NCBI RefSeq assembly: GCF_964213995.1
Contig: NC_135815.1
Span: forward strand, 48,670,001-48,734,000
Reading direction: 5' to 3'
DNA from: Mustelus asterias
Lineage: Eukaryota
DNA: 64,000 nt
The position numbers were made by a program, and so were the translations under genes. How positions within the stretch are numbered: the first letter of the stretch is position 1; every line of letters begins with the position of its first letter. The notes beneath the pieces were generated by a model. The model was not told where the DNA came from. It did not search any database and worked only from the letters and a program-made list of their open reading frames with translations. Below are positions 13,433-25,094 of the stretch, in pieces.

Positions 13433-14004
13433 CATAATCAGGCTTCTTACAAAAGGCTTTCAGGATTGCAAAAGATATCGCAGTCTGGACATGATTTATG
13501 TACAAAATGACTGAACATAAACAATAGTGTAAATAGTGCAAGCAGGCCTAGACTTTGGATTTTATTTTAGTAGGATTTAGTGTACTTGTTTAATTTGGCC
13601 ATTTTGTTCTCACGTGTGGACAGAAAAGAAGCCATGCTGATGTTACAAACCAAGGAAACCAGGCACTTTTCCCTTGACCAAATAAAATTCAGCAGCTTCT
13701 TGCTAGTTGGGGACTACTTCAAAGTACAATATTAAGCTAGCTAGTATACACTAAGGGAAGCTGATTTGATCTGCGAAATTCCTGGCCATGCAGAGAGAGC
13801 GTCCTTGGGCACTGCGCCCAAGGACAGAAGCAGAATTCCTCTCAGCATGGACCATAGATAATGTAGGTTCCTTCAGAGGTAAAGATAAATACCTGTTGGT
13901 ATAATCAGGATGTGGAGATGCCGGCGTTGGACTGGGGTAAACACAGTAAGAAGTTTAACAACACCAGGTTAAAGTCCAACAGGTTTATTTGGTAGCAAAA
14001 GCCA

Positions 14005-14041
14005 CACAAGCTTTCGAGGCTCTGAGCCCCTTCTTCAGGTG
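14005..14041 (-). ncRNA. Minimal hammerhead ribozyme motif (mirror copy in the left arm)
   Basis: Exact reverse complement of 16634-16670. Confidence 0.75.
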
Positions 14042-16633
14042 AGTGGGAATTCTGTTCACAAACAGAACTTATAAGACACAGACTCAATTTACATGAATAA
14101 TGGTTGGAATGCGAATACTTACAACTAATCCAGTCTTTAAGAAACAAAACAATGGGAGTGGAGAGAGCATCAAGACAGGCTAAAAAGATGTGTATTGTCT
14201 CCAGACAAGACAGCCAGTGAAACTCTGCAGGTCCACGCAACTGTGGGAGTTACAAATAGTGTGACATAAATTCTGATTCTAGGATCGCATGATAAAGACT
14301 CAGGAGGAAAAAAGCAGAAATATTTATGTGAAATAGTGTGACATAAACCCAATATCCCGGTTGAGGCCGTCCTTGTGTGTGCGGAACCTGGCTATCAGTT
14401 TCTGCTCCGCGACTCTGCGCTGTCGTGTGTCGCGAAGGCCGCCTTGGAGAACGCTTACCCGAATATCAGAGGCCGAATGCCCGTGACCGCTGAAGTGCTC
14501 CCCAACAGGAAGAGAACAGTCTTGCCTGGTGATTGTCGAGCGGTGTTCATTCATCCGTTGTCGCAGCGTCTGCATAGTTTCCCCAATGTACCATGCCTCG
14601 GGACATCCTTTCTTGCAGCGTATCAGGTAGACAACGTTGGCCGAGTTGCAAGAGTGTGTACCGTGTACCTGGTGGATGGTGTTCTCACGTGAGATGATGG
14701 CATCTGTGTCGATGATCCGGCACGTCTTGCAGAGGTTGCTGTGGCAGGGTTGTGTGGTGTCTTGGTCACTGTTCTCCTGAAGGCTGGGTAGTTTGCTGCG
14801 GACAATGGTCTGTTTGAGGTTGTGCGGTTGTTTGAAGGCAAGAAGTGGGGGTGTGGGGATGGCCTTGGCGAGATGTTCGTCTTCATCAATGACATGTTGA
14901 AGGCTCCGGAGGAGATGCCGTAGCTTCTCCGCTCCGGGGAAGTACTGGACAACGAAGGGTACTCTGTCCACTGTGTCCCGTGTTTGTCTTCTGAGGAGGT
15001 CGGTGCGGTTTTTCGCTGTGGCGTGTTGGAACTGTTGATCAATGAGTCTAGCGCCATATCCTGTTCTTATGAGGGCATCTTTCAGCGTCTGGAGGTGTCT
15101 GTTGCGATCCTCCTCATCCGAGCAGATCCTGTGTATACGGAGGGCTTGTCCGTAGGGGATGGCTTCTTTAACGTGTTTAGGGTGGAAGCTGGAGAAGTGG
15201 AGCATCGTGAGGTTATCCGTGGGCTTGCGGTACAGTGAGGTGCTGAGGTGACCGTCCTTAATGGAGATGCGCGTGTCCAAGAATGCAACCGATTCCGGAG
15301 AGTAGTCTATGGTGAGCCTGATGGTGGGATGGAACTTGTTGATGTCATCATAGAGTTGTTTCAGTGATTGTCCACCATGAGTCCAAAGGAAGAAAATGTC
15401 ATCGATGTATCTAGTGTATAGCACCGGTTGAAGGTCCCGTGCGGTGAAGAAGTCTTGTTCGAACCTGTGCATGAAGATGTTGGCATATTGAGGTGCAAAT
15501 TTGGTCCCCATGGCTGTTCCGTGTGTCTGGATGAAGAACTGGTTGTTGAAGGTGAAGATATTGTGGTCCAGGATGAAGCGGATGAGATGTAAAATTGCAT
15601 CTGGAAACTGGCAGTTGTTGGCGCTGAGCACTGAGGCCGTTGCAGCAATGCCATCGTCATGGGGGATGCTGGTGTAGACATCAGAAGACAAACACGGGAC
15701 ACAGTGGACAGAGTACCCTTCGTTGTCCAGTACTTCCCCGGAGCGGAGAAGCTACGGCATCTCCTCCGGAGCCTTCAACATGTCATTGATGAAGACGAAC
15801 ATCTCGCCAAGGCCATCCCCACACCCCCACTTCTTGCCTTCAAACAACCGCACAACCTCAAACAGACCATTGTCCGCAGCAAACTACCCAGCCTTCAGGA
15901 GAACAGTGACCAAGACACCACACAACCCTGCCACAGCAACCTCTGCAAGACGTGCCGGATCATCGACACAGATGCCATCATCTCACGTGAGAACACCATC
16001 CACCAGGTACACGGTACATACTCTTGCAACTCGGCCAACGTTGTCTACCTGATACGCTGCAAGAAAGGATGTCCCGAGGCATGGTACATTGGGGAAACTA
16101 TGCAGACGCTGCGACAACGGATGAATGAACACCGCTCGACAATCACCAGGCAAGACTGTTCTCTTCCTGTTGGGGAGCACTTCAGCGGTCACGGGCATTC
16201 GGCCTCTGATATTCGGGTAAGCGTTCTCCAAGGCGGCCTTCGCGACACACGACAGCGCAGAGTCGCGGAGCAGAAACTGATAGCCAGGTTCCGCACACAC
16301 AAGGACGGCCTCAACCGGGATATTGGGTTTATGTCACACTATTTCACATAAATATTTCTGCTTTTTTCCTCCTGAGTCTTTATCATGCGATCCTAGAATC
16401 AGAATTTATGTCACACTATTTGTAACTCCCACAGTTGCGTGGACCTGCAGAGTTTCACTGGCTGTCTTGTCTGGAGACAATACACATCTTTTTAGCCTGT
16501 CTTGATGCTCTCTCCACTCCCATTGTTTTGTTTCTTAAAGACTGGATTAGTTGTAAGTATTCGCATTCCAACCATTATTCATGTAAATTGAGTCTGTGTC
16601 TTATAAGTTCTGTTTGTGAACAGAATTCCCACT

Positions 16634-16670
16634 CACCTGAAGAAGGGGCTCAGAGCCTCGAAAGCTTGTG
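16634..16670 (+). ncRNA. Minimal type I hammerhead ribozyme motif in the PLE pLTR
   Basis: CAC-CUGAAGA-A-GGGGCU(CAG)AGCCUC-GAAA-GCUU-GUG has the core boxes, stem II, a palindromic stem III and stem I CAC/GUG. Confidence 0.75.
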
Positions 16671-17169
16671 TGGCTTTTGCTACCAAATAAACCTGTTGGA
16701 CTTTAACCTGGTGTTGTTAAACTTCTTACGGTATAATCAGGGGCAGAGGAAGTTTCTGTCAGCATAGGGATCAAGTCTGTGGGGATTGCTTGACAAGTAT
16801 ACTTCCATTTCATTGATAAGTCTTTCATTAATTGATAAGTGTTTTGTTTTATTTTGCTTGGGTTCAATAAACTTTGTATTATTTGCTAATTCAATGTTTT
16901 TGAGTCTTTGCCTGATGGTTCCCTGTCGAGTTCAAACAGTTTAAAAGATTAATTTAGGATCTAGTAGTTAAGCTGCCTGCAAGCGAATGAATCAAGTCTG
17001 AATTTATTAAATCCCCCTTTTAAATCTCACAATAGCTGTTAATTTTCACTAGGATGACTCAAACTGAGACAATGACTACAACTGTAATGTGTAAGCAATT
17101 AGTGAGCCTCTGTTTAGGTGACAGGAACAAGTCTTCTTTCAACAAAAACTGTATAGTAATTTAAGGTAC

Positions 17170-17365
17170 CTGCACGTATTAAAAGCCTCAAACATCGCAA
17201 AGATTTGTGAGTTGCAGCTTCATGAATTGGACACCAACCACGGTTGTCTGCGATGTCAAGACTATGACCTTTTTGAATCAAGGTTTTCAAAAGTTCTACA
17301 TTTCCTTTCCTTGCAGCAAATCCGGCCACTGAGCAGGTATTAGAATATGCCTCACTGAAGTCCAT
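17170..17365 (-). CDS. ASB3: ASB3 first coding exon (ankyrin repeat and SOCS box protein 3)
   Basis: Translates MDFSEAYSNTCSVAGFAARKGNVELLKTLIQKGHSLDIADNRGWCPIHEAA..., matching the vertebrate ASB3 N-terminus. Acceptor ttcag| gives an exon start at 17374; donor G|GTACC follows 17170. 196 coding nt, phase 1. Confidence 0.95.
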
Positions 17366-18299
17366 TTTCCAGAGCTGAATTAATAAAGCAAGACATTAAA
17401 TTGAAGCCAGGAAACATGAGATACCACCGTGCTCCTGCACACTCCACCTTAAAAGTCACCATCCTAGTATTTAAAGCTCAAATTACAAAGTTAACAGTAT
17501 GACAGAATAAACATGTTAAGACATTTTACTTAAAGTACTTTTGAAGGAGCAAAGATTGCACTACTTAAAAGACTAGTATATCATCAGAATTTCAGATAGC
17601 ATAACGATGAGTATTTCTGCACTATGGAGAACAGCCAGCATTGCAATGGCAGATGTCTGGAAAGAACATCTTGGACTAGTTTTTCCAGGCAAAAATAACT
17701 TCAACATTCATCATTAGTCTGAGTAAAGAGTAAATCAGACAGCATCTTACAGTGACTGTACAAGTGCAATTAAACCTGGAAATCAGGAAGTTACTGTCCA
17801 AGCTGCCTCACTTCTCCAGAACACCAATGTCTCATCAAAAGACTCAGCATTAAAATACATACAACATCAAAAAGTTAAGTGTTCTCAAGTGATTGATAGC
17901 CATCAAATGCATCAGAGAAAGTTAGGATATGTCCATTTAACTACAAGTGAATTTTTAATTAACTTTTACAATCATATTTCTTCCGTTGTCAATTACTGTG
18001 GGAGAGTAAAAGTAGATATAACTTATTTTAAACTTTCTCATTCTTGCATCTCTCTTCCATGCCATGTTCTCTCCCACTCTTAACTTCATTTTCTAATTTG
18101 TAATTTATAATTTATTTCAATATTTCAGGCTCTGCATGCATCAATAAGGATTCTTCATTCTTATTGGTTAAGGAGACACAATTTCTTGTCCTTTTTGCAC
18201 AGGTTCTAGATCCTACATCGAGGGCAATTAATTGAAAATTCTGGAGTAAATAACTTCAGAAAGAAGCTTGTCATGTGCTCTACCCAAAGAGATCTGTAA

Positions 18300-18590
18300 T
18301 AGTATCAGGAGCACCATGAGTAGCAAGTATCTTGCAACAACAAATTTAGCTGGGGTTGTTGTAAAACATAAAGGAAACCAGGCTGAACTTGGATTTGCCT
18401 TGTTTTGAGGAGAAAAGAAGCCAGAAAGTGATGAAAATTCATAAAAATGGTGTGTTTTTGATGCCATGGGACTGTACAATGAGAGCACAGAGCGATGGAG
18501 CTCACATATAGAGATTTGACTATTCTGTCCAACCCGACAAGATAACAGCAGACATAGTTGTCCCAACTTTCCTGAGCATAAGTTTTGTGT
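18300..18590 (+). mobile_element. Probable Gypsy gag N-terminal remnant
   Basis: Frameshifted MGLYNESTERWSSHI/RFDYSVQPDKITADIVVPTFLS resembles the fish Gypsy gag start (FDESxExWSSYxERF...VPTFLS). Confidence 0.5.
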
Positions 18591-20267
18591 GAAGGTGAGG
18601 TTGGGGGGGAGAAGAGAGAGAGAGAAGAGTTGGGGGGGAGCATTTAACCTCCTGAGAAGTCTGGGACAGCTCTAAACAACTTGTACCAATGGCGCTATCA
18701 CCAAAGGTGACATGCATGCCAACCTAGCAATGACAAAAGTTGATCATTTTATAAAGTTCTAAATACAGCCCTTCCCACATGAAATTATTAGTTAGATTGG
18801 AGATGCAGTGGAACATAGACTTCTCCTCAGTTAGTCCAGAAATAACAGGGGAAGTTTCAATAAAGTAGCAGAGCTTGGAATGAAATCAAAATCTACAGAG
18901 GATGAAAGATAAACGCCCAAGATAGCATTAGAATTGTCAAGTCTAGAGGTAATACAGGCATGGATGAGGTTTTCAGCAGCAGAGGTAGGGTGGAGATCGA
19001 AAATGTTACAGAGATAGATGTCAGTGTTCTTTGCTGATGCAGCAACGGTGCTGGTAGAAACTCATCCCAGGCCCAAAGAGGACTGCAGATTTGCAAATTG
19101 TATGGTTCAGTCTCAAATAACTAACTGGGAGAAGGATGGAGTCAGTGACAGAGACCACAAACAAGCTTGGGACTTCCCAGTGTTCATTTGGAGAAAATCT
19201 GTCCTCATCCAGAATTCAAGCTCCGCCAAGTGACACAACAAGTCCAAGACAGTCTCTGGATCACTATTACTAGTCCGGTAATCCAGACAATATGCCACCA
19301 TCTTCCCATAAACATACAAGATCCGGAGTGGTCTTGACAGGATGGATGTAGAGAACTAGGGGGTCACTGTTTAAAACTGTTTAAAATGCAGAGATGAGGC
19401 AAGTTTCTTTCTCTCCTTGGCGGGGCTACAACACAAATTTCCCAGAGTTTAAATTAAAACCAGCTACATGAATTTGACCTAAATTTCCTCACATAAAGAA
19501 GGCTAAGGTATTATCTGATTTAAGTGTTTGAAGTGATAAAGAGGTTAAAAAAAATTTTCCCTGGTGAAAATCTAGAACAAGGCAGTTTGTTTCCCACACA
19601 AGTTGGTAAAAAATCTGGAATTCTCCCTCCCCAAAGAACAGTGGGCACTGGTACTTCTTTCAAATTTAAGACTGAGATCATACATTTTCATTGCTGTTAT
19701 ATCAAGGGAAATGGTACATGAGACAGTGATAGAGTTGAGAATCATGGCAAGAGCGAGGCCATGTTCTTTGGGAAATGGGCTGACCAATCCCCGTCCCCTT
19801 CACCGTCAGGTCAGATTGCCTGAAGGTGCTGTGGATGTGGCCCAGAGGGACCAAGGCAAGCATTAGAAAATGGAAAAAAGAAGCAGGTATAATGAATCAA
19901 AAACTGGGTATGTAGGATCAACGCTCCCTCTCCATTGCAGGTAAGAACCTGGTCATCAGGTATGAGGCACTTTCAGTGTTGCTGTATGCGGCGCAGGTCT
20001 GGCCTTTTCCTCATCTGTGCTGCGGCAATCACGAGCCATTTTCCGCTTCATCTGGGAGTCAAAAATGAAACTTATTCAAAGGACGAGGTGTATAAACTTC
20101 TAGATAAGGGGGGAGAAAACATGCCCAACATTGCCCTAATCCTGATGGCCACCTTTCTGTATGTCTGCATCAAAGTGTGCATAGATCCTCAATATGCAAC
20201 CACATATCACTGTGTGGTGAGGTTCTATCTGTCCCCAGTATTGCAAAGGATGGGTCTGGCCACATTG

Positions 20268-20547
20268 TAAGAAGTTTAACAACACCAGGTTAAAGTCCAA
20301 CAGGTTTATTTGGTACCAAAAGCCACACAAGCTTTCGGAGCTCTAAGCTCCTTCTTCAGGTGAGTGGGAATTCTGTTCACAAACAGAGCATATAAAGACA
20401 CAAACTCAATTTACATGAATAATAGTTGGAATGCGAATACTTACAACTAATCAAGTCTTTAAGAAACAAAACAATGTGAATGGAGAGAGCATCAAGACAG
20501 ACTAAAAAGATGTGTATTGTCTCCAGACAAGACAGCCACAGGGGGAT
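20268..20547 (-). mobile_element. Penelope pLTR fragment inserted in a Tx1-like LINE
   Basis: Closely similar to 13946-14217. TSD TGGCCACATTG at 20257-20267 and 20548-20558. Confidence 0.88.
20326..20362 (-). ncRNA. Minimal hammerhead ribozyme motif
   Basis: CAC-CUGAAGA-A-GGAGC(UUAGA)GCUCC-GAAA-GCUU-GUG. Confidence 0.75.
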
Positions 20548-21576
20548 TGGCCACATTGCCATGGAACCCTCCAAGTAGCTGGACTGTGCCATACCACCAG
20601 TCCCTTGTGGAAATATTTATGCAGAGAAACACCTTTGGTCACAGTCCATCAGGCAGTGGTCTGCACACAATGTTCTAGAAGTCCTACAGGAAGAGGAGAT
20701 GGTGAATCCGGTCAGATGATTCCCTGAGCAGACTGTCACGGTCATTTGGCAAAATGCCTCATCACCAGAACTTTCAAACAAGCACCAAGACCTAGCATGG
20801 CTGGTGGTGAGAAAGGCCTCCTGGTCAGATCCTTCCTACACATCCAGAGTCTCACTCCATCTGTACGTTGCCCTTCAGTTAAGTGTGGTGGGGAAGAGAT
20901 CATTGTCTATCTCCTTGTGGGATATGCCTTTGCAAAGTGTGTCTGGAGAGAGATGAGATTGTTTTTGTTGAGGTCCAGCCCGAGTAGCTTCGTGATGCAA
21001 GACCCTGTGCTCCACGGGCTGTTCCCAGGGACACACAGTGAGACAAACATCAGCTGTTGTTGGAGGATCATCAACTCAGTGAAAGACACTCCTTGGTCCA
21101 CCCAAAACTTGTTGGTCTTCCAGTACAAGGAGTTGTCCCGGACCAAGTGTTACAGACTGGCACATTCCAAAGCCCAGGACTACATGCTGAGGGGTGCAAT
21201 AAAGCTTGGCACAGCACCACAGAAATGCAATTGGGGGGGTGGCAGGTGGTCACAACCACCACAAAAATGCAATTGGTGGGGGAGGGCTTCAGAACTTCAG
21301 CCATAATCTGAAGGGAATTATATAGAACTCCTTTAAGCTGTACAACCTGTAATATTCACTGCAGACATTTATTCCATGTATCACAACTGTATTGAGGCAC
21401 CTCAGAGTGCAACTTGATCTATGTAGACAAGTTAAATATCTTTGTACCATTTTGAAATGTCTAACGTTTCTTTGACTGTATTGAAGCACTTGGGTGCAAC
21501 ATTATGTGGAGAACCTGAATACTGTTGCACTGTGTGTGATGGCTACTTTGAAATGTTTACAATGTTCTTTCTTTAA

Positions 21577-22410
21577 TTTAAAAAGTAAAGTATATTTTTG
21601 AAATAATAAGAGTAGAGATGGAGAAAGGTCATGATCTAACTAGATGGCAGAATATTGTATGAGACTTAAAGGCCTAATCCTAAACCCAATACTCCACGAC
21701 CCAACAAACCTTAGTGATTGATACGGACACGCCGACAAGTTGACAAATCGAGGAGAAAAAGGCAGATACAGTGATCGGTTATAAGTCCGGGCCAACACCA
21801 ATTCTTCAAACTTGTAATAAAAGCTGAAAATGCAGTTAAATACTCAGCAGTCATGATGTGGAGATGCCGACGTTGGACTGGGGTGAACACAGTAAGGAGT
21901 CTAACAACACCAGGTTAAAGTCCAACAGGTTTATTTGGTAGCAAACGCCACTAGCTTTTGGAGCGCTGCTCCTTCGTCAGGTGAGTGGGAGATCTGCTCA
22001 TAAACAGCAAACAGGGCACATACTCAGCAGCCATGATGTGGATACTCAGCAGGCCAGGCAGCATCTGAAGTTCTGGTGAAGGGTCACTGACCCGAAATGC
22101 TAATTCTGTTTTACTCTTTACAGATGCTGCCTGACCTGCTGAGTATTTAACAGCATTTTCAGCTTTTATTACAAGTTCGAAGAATTGGTGTCGGCCCGGA
22201 ATTATAACCGATCATTGCCGTCTGCCTTTTTCTCCTCGATTTGTCAACTTGTCGGCGTGTCCGTCCCAATCACGAAGGTTTGTTGGGTCGTGTGGAGTAT
22301 TGGTTTTAGGATTAGGCCTTTAAGTCCCATACAATATTCTGCCATCCAGTTACATCTCCATCTCTACTCTCTCTTTTATCATTTAAAAAAATATACTTTA
22401 CTTTTTAAAA
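21577..22410. repeat. Inverted repeat with arms of about 275 bp (21577-21850 / 22136-22410)
   Basis: For example ggacacgccgacaagttgacaaatcgaggagaaaaaggcaga versus tctgcctttttctcctcgatttgtcaacttgtcggcgtgtcc. Confidence 0.92.
21853..22020 (-). mobile_element. Penelope pLTR end fragment
   Basis: tgatgtggagatgccg...ccaacaggtttatttggtagc terminus. The flanking atactcagcag is repeated at 21840 and near 22020 and 22042. Confidence 0.8.
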
Positions 22411-22639
22411 CAAAAAGGAAGATTTTCCGTTTCGCCGCCAGTTTTCCAGCCCCCCGCAGAGGGTTGGGCTGTTTTGTAATAACAACGCTGACAAATGGTT
22501 TAAACGCAGATGTGAAATCCGCTGCCGGCTTTGGTGACAAGAATCTTCCAAACGCAATGCTCCCCTAATTTTTCGGTTCGCATCAAAATTTACAGCCAGA
22601 TTGAACAGCAGAAACCATAAAGATAAAGCCTCCTGCCTG

Positions 22640-23300
22640 AACTTGTTAACTCCTCAGGTTATTGGCCATCTCACCGCCACAGCCTCCCCCTTGTCCCACA
22701 AACTGGCTGTTCGGATCGCCGCCCCGTGTGCGCATGCGCGCCCAGGCGCTGATTGGCTCCCGCGCGGCCCGCCATCCAGTGGCTGACTCTGACGGGGCCA
22801 ATCAGAGGCGGGCGGCGCGCGCGGGGCCTGCTGGGAATTGATGTCCGCGCGCAGCCGCCGCCGCCGCCGCCGCCGCCGGTCGGTCACCTGACAAACGGAA
22901 CTCCATTTCCCGTCAGGCCTTGGGCGGCCCGTTGCGCCTGCGCCCCCTGGCCGGGGCCCCGCCGTTGGCGGGGGAGGGCGGAGTCGGCTCCCGGTTTGGT
23001 TGCTCCGGGGTCACTCACCAGCAGCATCTTCCCCCCACCCCCCCCCCTCGAACAGTTCGCGATCCGTTTTTTCGGTCAAATAAGGACACGGGGCAGTCAG
23101 TCATCGTGGGAGGGAGGGTGTGCAGACATGTGGATATTCGGCTATGGCTCGCTGATTTGGAAAGTGGATTTCCCCTACCAGGAGAAGTTAGTGGGTTACA
23201 TTCGGGGCTACATCCGTCGCTTCTGGCAGGGCAGCACCGACCACCGGGGCGTCCCGGGCAAGGTGAGTCAGGTAGGGGGTAGGGGGGTGGCTGACATTTG
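22640..23300. promoter_or_regulatory. CpG-island promoter of CHAC2 (possibly bidirectional with ASB3)
   Basis: High GC and CpG content in an AT-rich background. NRF1 palindrome TGCGCATGCGC at 22729 and NRF1-like TGCGCCTGCGC near 22934. CCAAT boxes (ATTGG near 22661 and 22752; CCAATCA near 22798), GC boxes, and (CCG)8 at 22855-22878. Confidence 0.85.
23128..23262 (+). CDS. CHAC2: CHAC2 exon 1 (glutathione-specific gamma-glutamylcyclotransferase 2)
   Basis: [45 protein letters not shown] carries the ChaC FGYGSL motif. AAG|GTGAGT donor. Confidence 0.97.
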
Positions 23301-23493
23301 ATCCCAATAACCGTCCCCAGTTGTGGCGGCTGTTTAAATCCCGGTGAAGTGACAGGTTTCCACCTGCCCTGGAGCCAGCTGTCTGTCCCCCTCGGATCCC
23401 CCCCCCTTCTCCACACGGTCACTCTTCTGCTCCGTATGCATTTGGAGCAGTGCAAACAGGATCTGTCCCTCCTGGTGCCGGGTAGGATATGGA

Positions 23494-23580
23494 GATGAAG
23501 AAGCAGTGCTCCGAAAGCTTATGGTATTTGCTACCAAATAAACCTGTTGGACTTTAACCTGGTGTTGTGAGACTTCTTGC
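23494..23580 (+). mobile_element. Short Penelope pLTR remnant
   Basis: ctccgaaagctt...ctaccaaataaacctgttggactttaacctggtgttgtgagacttctt. Confidence 0.75.
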
Positions 23581-23679
23581 CGAGTAGGATAACCAGTCTC
23601 TGCTTCTTGGTTTTTGCGACAGCTGCTAAATCCATGTCTGAAGAAAACACATCTACCCCAATAATACCTCCCTTGGTCA

Positions 23680-24330
23680 CCGTTGTAAATGTTGTTGAGT
23701 TCCCAGACACTTGGCGACAGAATTATAACAAACAGTTGTGTATTCACTAACTGAGCAGCTACTTCATGCTTGTACTCTGCCTGCCCTCCTAGGGAGAACT
23801 TCCATATGCCTGACACACGACCCTGTTCCATCACCTCAGTCTCCATGTTCCTCTTTTAGTTAGGGCAACCAGTGGTATGATATTGTGTGTGAATGGAAAC
23901 TGTGCATGCCATTTTGTAATGTACAAATTAAACAGGCTAACAATACATAACTATCAACATATGGTGAGGTATGGATTAAGCTGGTGCATAGCCCATCACA
24001 TCTCCTTTTCGTTCCACCACTTTTTGTTGTAGAAAGATGAGGTTTGAAGACCAGTCCTTGATGGAACCTTGTGTTTGGTTTGCTCAAACACCAAGAGTGT
24101 GTAGTTATGTCAGTTGGTAGTGGTGTTGACTTTCTCAGGCTGGTGTCCTCAGTGTGGATGAACTGGAGCATTCTGTCTGTGTGCTCAGTGGGTGCAGGGT
24201 TTGCAGTGTTGTCCTTTAGAGGAGTCTGCGTGTCCACTGGTGTAGGTGGCCCATGTAGGATGACTGGAGTACTGTGTTAACTGTTGGTGCTGGTTCCAAT
24301 ACCTAGAGGAGGTGACGGCAAATGCATACA
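23680..24330 (-). mobile_element. Possible Gypsy 3' end plus LTR remnant
   Basis: A Thr/Pro-rich tail ending TTKSGGTKRRCDGL (like TRSGRxxRxPDRL integrase tails) is followed by LTR-like sequence. Confidence 0.4.
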
Positions 24331-25094
24331 TGGGTGGGCACTATCTGAGGCTGTTCAGTTGCGGGGCACAACAGTGACCACCATTGCTTCACCACTGACT
24401 GCAAAATCCAGGCCAAGAATTGGGAGAGTGACTTTAACTTTCTGATAAACGCCACATAATCATCGTGGCTAAATTATCCAGCCATTTTAAAATCTCCCAA
24501 AACCAAGAAGCTTTAAGACAGACCAGAGCAAAAAATGCAAACCATAGTTAAATTGACCAGGAGTTCATCTGCTACATTTTCCAAGGCATTTTGGTGTTAT
24601 GGCTAATCTAATGGGACTTTTGAGGTGCATTGCTCCCTTATTACCTTTAATGTTAACACTTTGCATGCTGGTGTCTGTGTTGTAAGTCTAGCATTAAATG
24701 CCAAACATTTGCTCAATGGTGACTCAGTCCTCAATACTTATTGTTCAGATTAGTTCTGTTTATTTCAGCACAGCCCTATCTTTGCTGACAAACTTGTAGA
24801 GTTGAGAAGAAAAAACTATGCAGATGGTTAGCAATAATGGGCAGCCAAAGATTAATTTTAGCTGCATCAATGCTAGAGTGTTATCACCAAACACTTTATC
24901 TATGTTTGAAATCAAAGGTGTAAATAAAGCAATAATGAGATAAGTTGCATTTTTTTTAAAGTCAGGGTGCTGTATTTGCAGACCAATCTCGGGTTTAGTT
25001 CTGATACATTAAATTGGCTGATCTCATCTGGGCAGCAATAAGGATGATGCAATATCCTCAGTATCCCAAGGTAAGGGAGTGAGAGCAAAGTAGC

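Larger units (their letters stand above)
13910..16729 (-). mobile_element. Penelope-like retroelement, 5'-truncated, with an inverted duplicate of its 3' kb
   Basis: ORF 15691-14324 has PLE RT motifs (YTSIPH, GTAMGTKFAPQYANIFM, RYIDDIF, FLD) and a GIY-YIG endonuclease (NVVYLIRC...WYIGET...RMNEH...GLN). The inverted arm spans 15681-16729. 12-bp TSD GGTATAATCAGG at 13898-13909 and 16730-16741. Confidence 0.95.
19790..21605 (+). mobile_element. Decayed Tx1/L1-clade LINE 3' region
   Basis: CPSVKCGGEEIIVYLLVGYAFAKCVWREM (zf-RVT remnant) and CCWRIINSVKDTPW...RLAHSKAQDYML. AT-rich tail ending aagtaaagtatattttt. Confidence 0.8.

Noticed and set aside
14324-15691. RT plus nuclease ORF as a retron, DGR or other prokaryotic system, or as a domesticated gene
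   Set aside because: Motifs, pLTRs, TSD and the spliced vertebrate gene context identify a 5'-truncated Penelope element. The listed start codons (15691, 15659) are artefacts of the inversion junction.
22753-23127. 125-codon in-frame open stretch upstream of the CHAC2 ATG
   Set aside because: It has no in-frame ATG, lies across promoter motifs in a GC-rich island where stops are rare, and CHAC2 from 23128 already has the expected 184 aa.
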